Positions 40,932-50,179 of a stretch of DNA of 64,000 nt are shown here, piece by piece. Numbering within the stretch: position 1 is the first letter of the stretch; each line of letters starts with the position of its first letter. Position numbers and translations under genes: made by a program. Source of the stretch: Terriglobia bacterium (lineage in GTDB: Bacteria > Acidobacteriota > Polarisedimenticolia > Polarisedimenticolales > JAIQFR01); contig CAVVHE010000006.1 of assembly GCA_963748015.1 (NCBI GenBank), positions 128,001 to 192,000 of the forward strand, written 5' to 3'. Under the pieces are notes generated by a model, which saw only the letters and a program-made list of their open reading frames with translations, had not been told where the DNA came from and made no database searches.

Positions 40932-41780
40932 ATGAAGCGGACGAGGGCGGGCTTCGTCGCGCTCGCGGTATTCGCGCTCGCGTCTCACGGCGGGACTCGG
41001 GCCGAGATGCCGGGCGAAGTCCCGGACAAGCTGCGGTTCTCCCTCGGCGGCATGCTGGCCAACGCCTTCACGGACGCCGGATACGGCTCCGTGAGCGCCG
41101 GCCTCGGCGGCACCGTGAACTTCGAGGACAGCTTCGGCCTGCCCTCCAACAAGGACATCTTCCGCGCCGACGTCAGCTGGCACGTCGCCAAGCGCCAGCT
41201 CATCGACTTCGGCTACTTCAAGCTCGACCGGTCCGGCTCGAGCGTCCTCGACGAGGACATCCAGTGGGGCGACTACGTCTACCAGGCCGGCGGCGAGGTG
41301 AGCGCGCGGTTCAACTCCGAGTTCATCTACGGCGCCTGGCGCTACCTGTTCCTCGACCTGCCCGAGGTGCGGCTCTCCGGCTCGGTGGGAGTGAGCGACA
41401 TCGGCCTCGAGGCGGGTCTCGTCGCGTCGGGCACCGTGACCGATCGCGAGGGCAACGTCGTCGAGGGCACCGTCGACGAGGCCGCCCGCGTCACGGCGCC
41501 GGTGCCGATGGTCGGCCTGCAAGTCGACTACGCGCCGACCCCTCGCCTGGCGTTCCTGGGGTTCTACCGCACCCTCTACGTCAAGGACGTCGCGGGCATC
41601 GACGGCTCGCTCGCCGAGACCTCGATCCGGATGAGCTGGTGGTATGCCAGGCACGCCGGTATCAGCGCCGGCATCGACACCGAGAACATCGATTTGAGGT
41701 CCTACGAGAAGGGCGATACGAAGGCGCGCTTCCGCTACCAGGTGCGCGCCGTATCCGTCTATCTGACCTTTGCCCTCTAG
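40932..41780 (+). CDS. Probable outer-membrane beta-barrel protein
   Basis: Signal peptide; amphipathic strands; APVPMVG; paralog of 42641..43477. Confidence 0.72.
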   Translation: MKRTRAGFVALAVFALASHGGTRAEMPGEVPDKLRFSLGGMLANAFTDAGYGSVSAGLGGTVNFEDSFGLPSNKDIFRADVSWHVAKRQLIDFGYFKLDRSGSSVLDEDIQWGDYVYQAGGEVSARFNSEFIYGAWRYLFLDLPEVRLSGSVGVSDIGLEAGLVASGTVTDREGNVVEGTVDEAARVTAPVPMVGLQVDYAPTPRLAFLGFYRTLYVKDVAGIDGSLAETSIRMSWWYARHAGISAGIDTENIDLRSYEKGDTKARFRYQVRAVSVYLTFAL

Positions 41781-41838
41781 CGCGCGCGGGTGGGCCTCCG
41801 AATCGAATGAAGTACACTATCGGGTGGAGGATTCTCAC

Positions 41839-42495
41839 ATGCCGAAATCGGGACGAGTCGCAATCGCCGCCTTCGTCGTGACCTGCCTGGCGGCCGCAGC
41901 GGGGGCCGCGCTCGCCGAGGAGAAGGCGCCCCCACCCCAGCAGGAGCAGGCGCTCCAACCGCAGACCGAGGTCTTCACCGGGACGCTCATGATCGTGAGC
42001 GGGCCGGGTGGGGCTCAAATGGGCCGGATCAAGATCACGGTGGAGCACTGGACGACCGACGAGGAGCGGAAGACGCTCGCCGAGGCGATCCGCTCGGGTA
42101 ACGAGGCGAGCCGCGGAGGTAACGACGCCCTCGTCGACGCGATGGACAAGCTGCAGGCCGGCTACGTGCAGATCGAGAACAACCTGCGCTGGCCGATCCG
42201 CTCCGCCGCCTCGTGGAAGACCGAGAAGGGCCGCAAAGTCCGATTCGCGACGAACCGGCCGATCAACTACCAGGAAACCGCGATGAACAGCCGGAGCTCC
42301 GACTACCCAATCGGGTTCATCGAGTTGGTCCTTCCCCCCGAGGGGAAGGGGGAAGGCGTGCTCCTAGTCGCGACGCAGGTCGAGTTCGGCTCGGACGGCA
42401 AGCTCCAGGTGAGATCGCTTCCGACCAACACGGGGCCGCAGAAGGTCACGAATGTCGTCTCCGAGCTGCTCAAGCCGAAGAAGAGCAAGAACTAG
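41839..42495 (+). CDS. Exported hypothetical protein
   Basis: GGAGG RBS, signal peptide, GC3-rich codons. Confidence 0.7.
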   Translation: MPKSGRVAIAAFVVTCLAAAAGAALAEEKAPPPQQEQALQPQTEVFTGTLMIVSGPGGAQMGRIKITVEHWTTDEERKTLAEAIRSGNEASRGGNDALVDAMDKLQAGYVQIENNLRWPIRSAASWKTEKGRKVRFATNRPINYQETAMNSRSSDYPIGFIELVLPPEGKGEGVLLVATQVEFGSDGKLQVRSLPTNTGPQKVTNVVSELLKPKKSKN

Positions 42496-42640
42496 TAGAA
42501 GTACCAGGTCGACAGCCGAGACCGATCTTGGATCGGATGGCACCTCTCCCGACGCGCGAGCGTGATAAGATCCGCTTCGATCAAGCTCTCGGCCATGGAG
42601 GATCCGTGCCGGGCCTCGGGCCGGGGGATGGGGGCTGCCC

Positions 42641-43477
42641 ATGAAAAACGCTATCGGCGCCGTTATCGTCGTCCTGGCTGTCGCCGCAACGCCGGTCGCG
42701 GCAGGCTTTCCCGGCGACGTCCCGGATCGCCTTCAGGTCTCGTTCGGCGGGATGGTCACCGCCCTCGACACGCAGGCCTCCGCCGGCAAGACGCGCGGCG
42801 GTCTCGGCATGACGATCAAGTTCGAGGACTTCTTCAACATGCCGAGCTCCAATTGGACAGGTTTCCTGAACGGCTCCTGGCGTTTCGCCGGCCGTCAGTA
42901 CATCGACTTCGGCTGGCTCAACATCGACCGCTCGGGCAGCCGGATGAACTCCGAGGACGTCGAGTTCAGGGACTACACCTTCCTCGCGGGATCCGAGCTC
43001 GAGGGCGGGCTCGATTCGTCCTTCCCCTACCTGGCATACCGGTACGATTTCCTCCAGCTCGACCAGGTGAAGATCTCCGGCTCGGCCGGCATATCGTACA
43101 TCGACCTCACGGCCTGGCTGGCCGCCGACGCGGGAGTCATCGACCCCGAGGGGAATCTCATCGAGGGCTACAGGAAAGCCGAGATGTCGATCGGGTTGCC
43201 CGTCCCGGTCATCGGTTTCGAGATGGACTGGGCCGTCTCCAAGCGCAATTCCATCGTCATGTCCGGCCGCATGATCTACGCGAACTTCTCCGGGTTGCGA
43301 GCCCAGATCTCGGAGAATTCGTTTCACTGGTATTACCACCCCTGGAAGCACTGGGCCCTCGGCGCCGGTTTTGACAGGATCGCGATCGGCATTCCGAGCT
43401 ACGAGAAAGACGGCCAATTCGCGACGTTCAGCTACAACCTCACTGGCTTGGCGATCTTCGGGAAGGCCAGCTTCTAG
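42641..43477 (+). CDS. Probable outer-membrane beta-barrel protein
   Basis: PGDVPDRLQVSFGG versus PGEVPDKLRFSLGG in the paralog; shared IDFG..LDRSG; terminal F. Confidence 0.72.
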   Translation: MKNAIGAVIVVLAVAATPVAAGFPGDVPDRLQVSFGGMVTALDTQASAGKTRGGLGMTIKFEDFFNMPSSNWTGFLNGSWRFAGRQYIDFGWLNIDRSGSRMNSEDVEFRDYTFLAGSELEGGLDSSFPYLAYRYDFLQLDQVKISGSAGISYIDLTAWLAADAGVIDPEGNLIEGYRKAEMSIGLPVPVIGFEMDWAVSKRNSIVMSGRMIYANFSGLRAQISENSFHWYYHPWKHWALGAGFDRIAIGIPSYEKDGQFATFSYNLTGLAIFGKASF

Positions 43478-43529
43478 AACGATGGGAGGCGGCCGCGCGA
43501 TATCCGGGCCGCCCAAGGAGGTCGGATCC

Positions 43530-44093
43530 ATGAAAGGCCTGATCGCTCTTCTCGTCTTGGCTGCCGTTTCGACGCTCGCGTGGGCTCAGGCCCCACCCCC
43601 GACCGCCCCGGCGGGCCAGAAGACGCTGGCCGCAACGGTCGGCCTCTACGTGTTCCCGGCGAAGGGGCAAACACCCGAGAAGCAGTCGCAGGAAGAGGCG
43701 GAGTGCTACAACTGGGCCGTGCAGAACACGGGAACCGATCCGTTCCAGCTCGGCAAGCAGGCGGAGCAGCAAAAGGCCCAGACCGAGCAGGCCAAGCAGC
43801 AGGCCGCGACCGCGGGCGACGGCGCGGGCGCGAAGGGTGCGGTGAAGGGCGCCGCGGTGGGCGCGCTCATCGGCGAGGTCGGCTCCGGCAACGCCAGCAA
43901 GGGCGCGGCGTACGGCGCCGCGGCCGGCGCGATCGCGGGGCGGCGAAAAAAAGAAAAGGCACAGGATCAGGCCATGGCCCAGGCGGAGCAGCAGGGCCAG
44001 GCGGCCCAGCAGGCGACCCAGCAGCAGCTGGACGGGTTCAAGAAGGCCTTCAGCGTGTGTCTCGAGTCGAAAAACTACATGGTCAAGTTCTGA
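43530..44093 (+). CDS. Glycine-zipper exported protein
   Basis: YVFPAKGQT..Q...C..WA...TG.DP; GAVKGAAVGALIG...GAAYGAAAGAIAG; C-terminal CLESKNY. Confidence 0.82.
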   Translation: MKGLIALLVLAAVSTLAWAQAPPPTAPAGQKTLAATVGLYVFPAKGQTPEKQSQEEAECYNWAVQNTGTDPFQLGKQAEQQKAQTEQAKQQAATAGDGAGAKGAVKGAAVGALIGEVGSGNASKGAAYGAAAGAIAGRRKKEKAQDQAMAQAEQQGQAAQQATQQQLDGFKKAFSVCLESKNYMVKF

Positions 44094-44111
44094 GGCGGGA
44101 CGGAGGAGACG

Positions 44112-44537
44112 ATGACGAACGCTTCGAAGTGCGCGCTCGCGGGGCTCCTGCTCGTCCTGGCTTCCGGCTCCGCCCTCGCCGACGACGTCACGGGAGCGAG
44201 CCGCATCCTGTGCTCGGCCGCCCAGGCGACCGTGTGCGGGGACGACGGGGAATGCGAGACGGCCGTGCCGTGGACCTGGAACATCCCGCAGTTCATGGAG
44301 CTCGACTTTCCCGGCAAGATGCTCGCCACGACGAAGGCTAGCGGGGAGAACCGCCAGACGCCGATGGGGACGGTGAAGCGCGAGGGCGGGTGGATCTTCA
44401 TCCAGGGGATCGAGGCCGGCCGCGCGTTCAGCTTCGCGATCGAGGAGGAGACCGGCTTGATGTCGGTCGCCGTGGCCAGGCGCGGTCTGACCGTTTCCGT
44501 GTTCGGCGCGTGTACGCCGATGCCGGCGTCGCGCTAG
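44112..44537 (+). CDS. Small exported Cys-containing hypothetical protein
   Basis: GGAGGAG RBS, signal peptide, four mature-region Cys, FGAC end. Confidence 0.72.
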   Translation: MTNASKCALAGLLLVLASGSALADDVTGASRILCSAAQATVCGDDGECETAVPWTWNIPQFMELDFPGKMLATTKASGENRQTPMGTVKREGGWIFIQGIEAGRAFSFAIEEETGLMSVAVARRGLTVSVFGACTPMPASR

Positions 44538-44640
44538 CCCAGCGGGCCAGGCTCGGGACGAGGGCACGAGACCTCCGCGGCTCCGGGCGAAACGTAGCGC
44601 GATGTCGCCGCTCTGCGGCGTGCCCGCGCCGGGAGGTTTC

Positions 44641-45270
44641 ATGACGAAGCGTGGCTGGGGGATCTTCCGGGTCGTCGCGGTCACCTGCGGTTTGGCGGTC
44701 GCCGCGGCGGGCGCCCAGACGAAGACGGCGGAGAGCCAGGGCGGGAAGTCGTCGCCCGAGACGCGGCCTCGCAAGATCCTCGTCCTGGTGGTCGCGCCCG
44801 ATCCGACGACGCGGATCGCCGTCGAGAAAGTGATCGCGGGCGAGCTCTCGCTTCGCGGCGCCACCGCCGTGGCCTCGCACGTCTCGTTCCCCGAGCTTCC
44901 GAAGGAGCGCGGCCCGTTCGAGGAGAAGCTCGTCGCGGACGGCTTCGACGCGGTGACCGTGAGCCGCCTCGTCGGCCGGAACGACAAGTCCACGTACAAG
45001 GAGGGGTCCGACTCGTTCCAGCCCGAGTATCTGGGCATGGGGGTGTGGGGCGGGTACTGGTTCACCTACCACCAGGTCACCCTTCCCGAGTACCTTTCGA
45101 AGGAGACCCGCGTCCGCGTGCGCACCGATTTCTGGCGGGCGTCGGGCAAGGAGGGGCGGCTTGTCTGGTCGGGAACGACCGATCTGTTCGACCCCATGAC
45201 GCTGGTCCAGGCTGCGCGCGAGGTCGGCGTCGCCGTCACGCAGGCGCTTGCGAAGGCGAAGCTCATTTGA
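44641..45270 (+). CDS. Exported hypothetical protein (DUF4136-like fold)
   Basis: KILVLVV...RIAVE...FDAVTVSRL...LVWSGTT. Confidence 0.65.
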   Translation: MTKRGWGIFRVVAVTCGLAVAAAGAQTKTAESQGGKSSPETRPRKILVLVVAPDPTTRIAVEKVIAGELSLRGATAVASHVSFPELPKERGPFEEKLVADGFDAVTVSRLVGRNDKSTYKEGSDSFQPEYLGMGVWGGYWFTYHQVTLPEYLSKETRVRVRTDFWRASGKEGRLVWSGTTDLFDPMTLVQAAREVGVAVTQALAKAKLI

Positions 45271-45283
45271 GGAGGTGCGTGCC

Positions 45284-45898
45284 ATGAAGCGAGGCTCGTG
45301 GATCCCGTTGGCCCTGGCGACGTGGTGCATCCTGGCCTTCGGCGCCTCTCCCGTCTACGAGCTCGCTGACCGCAGGACGAACTCGGACGTCAGGCCGCGG
45401 AAGCTCCACAAGCTCATCGTCATCGCGATCTCCGACGACCGGGAAGTGCGCAACCGGTTCGAGGACAAGTTCGTCACGCACCTCAAGGGGAAGGGCTTCG
45501 ACGCGCTGATCAGCCACGAGCTCGTGCCCGACCTCACGACCCCCGCAGACCGTCAGAGCGTCCTCGACGCCCTGGCCCGGGAAAAGGTGGACGGCGCCCT
45601 GACCGTCCGCGCGGTGCCGCTCGAGGACGTCAGCGAGGCGACGTGGAGCGCCGCCTGGACCGCCTGGGTGGACGAGCCCTCGACCGTGCGCGACCTCGTC
45701 CGGAGCACCGTGCCGGTCGCGAAGAAGAAGGCGAAGATGTACGGGGTCGAGGTCGCGCTGTGGGACGCCGAGGCGTCGCGACCGCTGTGGGCGGCGCGAA
45801 CGCGCGCCGTCTCCATTCGGGACCTCAAAGCGGGAGTCGGCGACCTCCTGGGTCTCACGATGGCGGCGCTCAAGGACACTCCCTGGCTTGGACCGTAG
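45284..45898 (+). CDS. Exported hypothetical protein, paralog of the preceding gene
   Basis: KLIVIAI...RNRFE...VDGALTVR...PLWAART. Confidence 0.65.
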   Translation: MKRGSWIPLALATWCILAFGASPVYELADRRTNSDVRPRKLHKLIVIAISDDREVRNRFEDKFVTHLKGKGFDALISHELVPDLTTPADRQSVLDALAREKVDGALTVRAVPLEDVSEATWSAAWTAWVDEPSTVRDLVRSTVPVAKKKAKMYGVEVALWDAEASRPLWAARTRAVSIRDLKAGVGDLLGLTMAALKDTPWLGP

Positions 45899-45947
45899 AA
45901 ATCGCTCCGGGAAGCACGGCAGCGCACGCGAAAGGGGGGCATTTCCG

Positions 45948-48209
45948 ATGCGGACGTGGACGAGGGTTGCGTTCCTTGGGGCGGTCATCCTGCTGGCAGG
46001 CGTTCTCGTCGTCCCTGTCCGGGCCGCGACGCCTGCCGCGAAGTCGGCGGCGGATCCCGCCGCCCCCGCTCCCGGCGCGGGCCAGAAGCCTCGCCTCTTC
46101 CTCGTGCTGAGCGGCGGCGGAGCCCGCGGTGCCGCCCACATCGGCGTTCTCAAGGTCCTCGAAGAGCTGCACGTCCCGGTGGACATGGTCGTCGGGACGA
46201 GCATGGGATCGATCGTCGGAGGGCTCTACGCGACCGGCTGGACGCCCGACGAGATGGAGGCGTTTCTGCTGCAGGTCGACTGGGACCGGGTCTTCATCGA
46301 CCAGGTGGACCGGGACGAGAAGCCGTACCGGCGCCGGCAAGACGACACCCGATTCTTCGTCAAGGCCAAGATCCGCTTCAAGGGATGGAAGCCGTACATC
46401 CCTGCGGGCGTGCTCGGAGGCCAGCGCCTCGAGCTGATGCTCCGGGCGGTCGAGTTCGAGTCCACGGGCGAGACGGACTTCGACAAGTTCCCGATCCCCT
46501 ACCGGGCGGTCGCGGCGGACCTCAACGAGAACGAGCCGTTCGTCGTCGACCACGGGAGCCTCGCCACCGCCATGCGCGCGAGCATGTCCATCGCCGGCGC
46601 CTTCGCGCCCGTCGAGATCGAAGGGCACGTTCTCGTGGACGGCGGGGCGGTCGCGAACCTCCCGGTCCGCATCGCGCAGGGCCTCGGGGCCGACGCGGTC
46701 GTCGCGGTGGACATCACGAGCCCGCTCGGGACCAAGGACGAGCTGGGATCGTTCCTCTCGGTCATGAGCCAAATGAGCTCGCTGCTCACGACCGGGAACC
46801 GCGGGGAGGACATCCGGAAGCTGAGGCCCCAGGACGTGCTGATTCGCCCGGAGCTGGGCGACATCTCGTTCTCGGATTTTCCCCGTGCGTCCGAGGCGAT
46901 CGTGATCGGGGAGAAGGCCGCTCGCGCGGCGGCGGAGCGGCTCAAGGCGTTCGCCGTTCCCGACGAGGAGTGGGCCGCCTACAAGGCCCGCCACCACAAG
47001 CGCCCGGCGAGCGAGCTCGTCGTCGACCACTTCGAGGTCAAGAACGAGAGCCTCGTCGACGACGACATCGTGCGGGCGCACATCGAGGTGCCCCTCGGTC
47101 GCCCGCTCGATCAGAAGGCGTTCGGCGAAAGTATCATGCGGCTCCAGGGTCTCGACTACTTCGGCGTGATAAGGCCTACGTTCGAGCGCCGGGAGGGCGA
47201 GGGCGACCTTTCGATGGTCGTTCCGCCGAAACCCTACGGAAGGAGCAGTCTCCAGGCGGGCCTGGGCTTCTACAGCGACCTGAAAGGGGAGAGCTCCGCC
47301 ACGATCACCGCGCGGCACCTCCTCCTCGCCGCGAATCGCCGGGGCGGAGAGTGGCAGAACACCTTCCAGATCGGCGAGCGGATGAGTTTGGCCACGGAGT
47401 TTTACCAGCCGCTTGACGCCGGCTTGAAGTGGTTCGTGGTGCCGGCCGCGCAGTGGTTCAAGGTTAACCGGGGGCTCTGGATGGACGGCGCCCACGTCGC
47501 CGATTACAGCGTGAAGAGTTACGGCGGAAGTCTCGACGCGGGACGCGTGCTGGGAAGTTGGGGCGACCTCAGCATCGGAGGGTTCGCGACCCGGAGCAGC
47601 GGCTCCGTCTTGATCGGTCCCGACGTCGCTCCCCCGTTTGCCGAGACGGACGCCGGGGTCCGACTCCGCTGGAACGCAGACACCCTCGACTCGGTGATCT
47701 TCCCGCGGCGCGGCTGGCGCTTGTTGTCCGAGTACTCGAACTCCCTCGATGCTTTCGGCGCCGACGCTCCGGGAGGCCGGGCGTTCGCGGGAGTGCTGAG
47801 CGCGATCGGCATCGGCCGCACGACCGTCATTCCCCACGTCGAGTACGGGGACAGTTTCCGGACACAGAGTAACCTCGGCCAGTTGTTCTCCCTCGGCGGA
47901 CTCTGGCGCCTTTCAGGACTCGCGCAGAACGAGCTGCTCGGGGAGCGCATGGCTCTCGCCTCGGCCGTGTTCTACAGGGAGCTCATGAAGGTCGGCCTCG
48001 GTGTCGTACGTACCAACGTCTACATTGGCGGCAGCCTCGAGGCCGGCAACGTTTTCAGCGAAAGCGATCCCTTCTCCCTCGACGCCCTCGACGCCGGGGG
48101 GTCGATCTTCGTGGGGGCCGACACCTTGATCGGCCCCGTCTACTTCGCCTGCGGTTTCGCCGAGAACGGGCGGCAGCGCTACTACGTGAGCATCGGCCAG
48201 ACGTTCTAG
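45948..48209 (+). CDS. Patatin-like phospholipase with POTRA/Omp85-like barrel (PlpD / type Vd-like)
   Basis: LSGGGARGAAHIG, GTSMG, DGG motifs; C-terminal DTLIGPVYF...IGQTF. Confidence 0.9.
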   Translation: MRTWTRVAFLGAVILLAGVLVVPVRAATPAAKSAADPAAPAPGAGQKPRLFLVLSGGGARGAAHIGVLKVLEELHVPVDMVVGTSMGSIVGGLYATGWTPDEMEAFLLQVDWDRVFIDQVDRDEKPYRRRQDDTRFFVKAKIRFKGWKPYIPAGVLGGQRLELMLRAVEFESTGETDFDKFPIPYRAVAADLNENEPFVVDHGSLATAMRASMSIAGAFAPVEIEGHVLVDGGAVANLPVRIAQGLGADAVVAVDITSPLGTKDELGSFLSVMSQMSSLLTTGNRGEDIRKLRPQDVLIRPELGDISFSDFPRASEAIVIGEKAARAAAERLKAFAVPDEEWAAYKARHHKRPASELVVDHFEVKNESLVDDDIVRAHIEVPLGRPLDQKAFGESIMRLQGLDYFGVIRPTFERREGEGDLSMVVPPKPYGRSSLQAGLGFYSDLKGESSATITARHLLLAANRRGGEWQNTFQIGERMSLATEFYQPLDAGLKWFVVPAAQWFKVNRGLWMDGAHVADYSVKSYGGSLDAGRVLGSWGDLSIGGFATRSSGSVLIGPDVAPPFAETDAGVRLRWNADTLDSVIFPRRGWRLLSEYSNSLDAFGADAPGGRAFAGVLSAIGIGRTTVIPHVEYGDSFRTQSNLGQLFSLGGLWRLSGLAQNELLGERMALASAVFYRELMKVGLGVVRTNVYIGGSLEAGNVFSESDPFSLDALDAGGSIFVGADTLIGPVYFACGFAENGRQRYYVSIGQTF

Positions 48210-48273
48210 GATCGAGCCACCGTCCCGGCGTCGGAACCGTTCACGATGCCGCGGATATCGACGGGAGGACGAC

Positions 48274-49206
48274 GTGAAGATCGCCAGGCTGATCGTCCTC
48301 GCGTTGCTCGTCACCCTCGCGGGAGCGCGCCGGGCGGGTGCGCAGGACATGGAGCCGCGCGCCTACTCGCCGTCCCCGGTCGGGACCAACTTCGTCGCGG
48401 TCGTCCTCGGCGGGACCCGCGGCGCGATCCTCTTCGATCCCGCGGTCCCAATCACCGACGCCCACGCGGAGCTCGGCCAGACCGTTCTGGGCTACGGTCG
48501 GTCGTTCGGTCTCTTCGGCCGGCAAGGACTCGTGCTGGTCGGGGTCCCGTACGCGTGGGGTTACGCCGAAGGGGCGGTGCAGGAGGAGACCCGACGCGTC
48601 CATCGGGACGGGTTCGGTGACATGCGCGTCAAGGCTTCGCTCAATCTCCTGGGACCGAAGGCAATGAGCCCGGAGGAGTTCCGCAAGGCACCCCGGCGGA
48701 CGGTCCTGGGCGTGAGCCTCGCCGTCCAGGCGCCCACCGGGGAGTACGACAGGACGAAGCTGATCAATCTGGGGACGGGCCGGTGGGCGATCAAGCCCGA
48801 GGTCGGCCTGTCGGTCCCGGTCGGCCGGTGGTTTCTCGACGCGTACGCGGGCGCCTGGTTCTTCGAAACCAACGACCAGTTTTACCCGGGCGACGCCACC
48901 CGGCGCCAGGACCCGCTCTACACCCTCCAGGCCCACGCGAGCTACACGTTCAAGAACCGCGCTTGGGTCGCGGCCGACGCGACGTGGTACGGAGGGGGCG
49001 CGTCCACGGTCGACTCGGGCTCCCCGTCGGAGCGTCAGAGCAACTCCCGCCTCGGAGGAACGGTCGCCGTCCCGATCACCAAGCGCCAGTCCATGAAGCT
49101 CGCGGCCAGCACCGGCACCTCCACGCGGACTGGAACCGACTTCGACACCGTTCTCGTCGGATGGCAATTCCTCTGGTTCGATCGCCCGCGCGACCGGAAG
49201 CCCTGA
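48274..49206 (+). CDS. Outer-membrane transporter (MetA-pathway/CoxB-like barrel)
   Basis: QDMEPRAYS, GFGD, APTGEYD..KLINLGTGRW. Confidence 0.82.
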   Translation: MKIARLIVLALLVTLAGARRAGAQDMEPRAYSPSPVGTNFVAVVLGGTRGAILFDPAVPITDAHAELGQTVLGYGRSFGLFGRQGLVLVGVPYAWGYAEGAVQEETRRVHRDGFGDMRVKASLNLLGPKAMSPEEFRKAPRRTVLGVSLAVQAPTGEYDRTKLINLGTGRWAIKPEVGLSVPVGRWFLDAYAGAWFFETNDQFYPGDATRRQDPLYTLQAHASYTFKNRAWVAADATWYGGGASTVDSGSPSERQSNSRLGGTVAVPITKRQSMKLAASTGTSTRTGTDFDTVLVGWQFLWFDRPRDRKP

Positions 49207-49225
49207 GGGACCCGGGGCCTTGGAG

Positions 49226-50179
49226 TCACGGCGTGGTGACGGGCTTCCACGTCTTGTCGGGGTTGTAGCGGGTCATCGCGTTGAAGGTCTCGAGCGTCTT
49301 CGGGCCGAGGTCCTTCTCGTAAACCACGCCGTCGTGGCTCACGATGAAGGTCTTGATGCCCGTGACCTCATAGTCGGCCGGCGCGGCAACCATCGCGAAG
49401 CCCCCGATCATCACGCCCTTCACGAGGAAGTCCATCTCCCCCATGGGCGCGGCGGGGCCCTGACCCTTCAGGATCTTGAAGTAGTAGCCGTGGTACGGCT
49501 GGTACTTCTCCGAGTAGCCCTCGGCGATCACTCTGGCGATCCCCTCGCCTACCGGCCCCTGCCAGGATCCATCGGGTCCCTGCCACGCGAGCCCGTCGTG
49601 CTTGCCGGGGGTACTGATCACCCGCTGCGCGTACTGGTTGACCGGCGATCCATCGCGTTTCTCGGAGGCATACTCGATCTGCGCCTCGACGTAACCGCGG
49701 CAGACCTCGATGGCGTCCAGCTCGTTCTGTCCGATTCGGCGGTACAGGACCTCCCTGGCTCCCGTCTTCGAGTCGAAGCGCCACTTGCCGCCGTCCTGCA
49801 CGATCGGGATCGGCATCGGCCAGTCTTCGTCGCCGGTCACCAGGATGGCCACCTTCGGCTTCGCGGGGTCGCGGACGATCCGGTGCTTCTCGCGGGCCTG
49901 CGCGGCGAACGCCATGCCCGTGTTCTTGTCCTGGACCGGGTCCTCGGTGACCACGAGGTCCACGCCGTCAGGCCCGAGGATCTCCTTCAATGCTGCGACG
50001 TCGAACTTCTCGGCCGCGGCGATCAACGCCTCGCTCGCTTGCTCCGGCGTGTCGAACTTCTTTTGTGCTCCCTGCGCGGGAGCCGCGGCGGCACCGGAGG
50101 GCAAGGACGCCGCGAAGGCGATGCCGAGGCAAAGGAGGAAGAAAGCCCGCATGAGTGTTTTCGATGTCATCGCGCTCAC
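49226..50179 (-). CDS. DUF2950 family protein
   Basis: FDTPEQA, WPMPIP, RRIGQNE, YAQRVISTPGKHDGL, PYHGYYFKIL, TGIKTFIV. Confidence 0.9.
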   Translation of the reverse strand: MSAMTSKTLMRAFFLLCLGIAFAASLPSGAAAAPAQGAQKKFDTPEQASEALIAAAEKFDVAALKEILGPDGVDLVVTEDPVQDKNTGMAFAAQAREKHRIVRDPAKPKVAILVTGDEDWPMPIPIVQDGGKWRFDSKTGAREVLYRRIGQNELDAIEVCRGYVEAQIEYASEKRDGSPVNQYAQRVISTPGKHDGLAWQGPDGSWQGPVGEGIARVIAEGYSEKYQPYHGYYFKILKGQGPAAPMGEMDFLVKGVMIGGFAMVAAPADYEVTGIKTFIVSHDGVVYEKDLGPKTLETFNAMTRYNPDKTWKPVTTP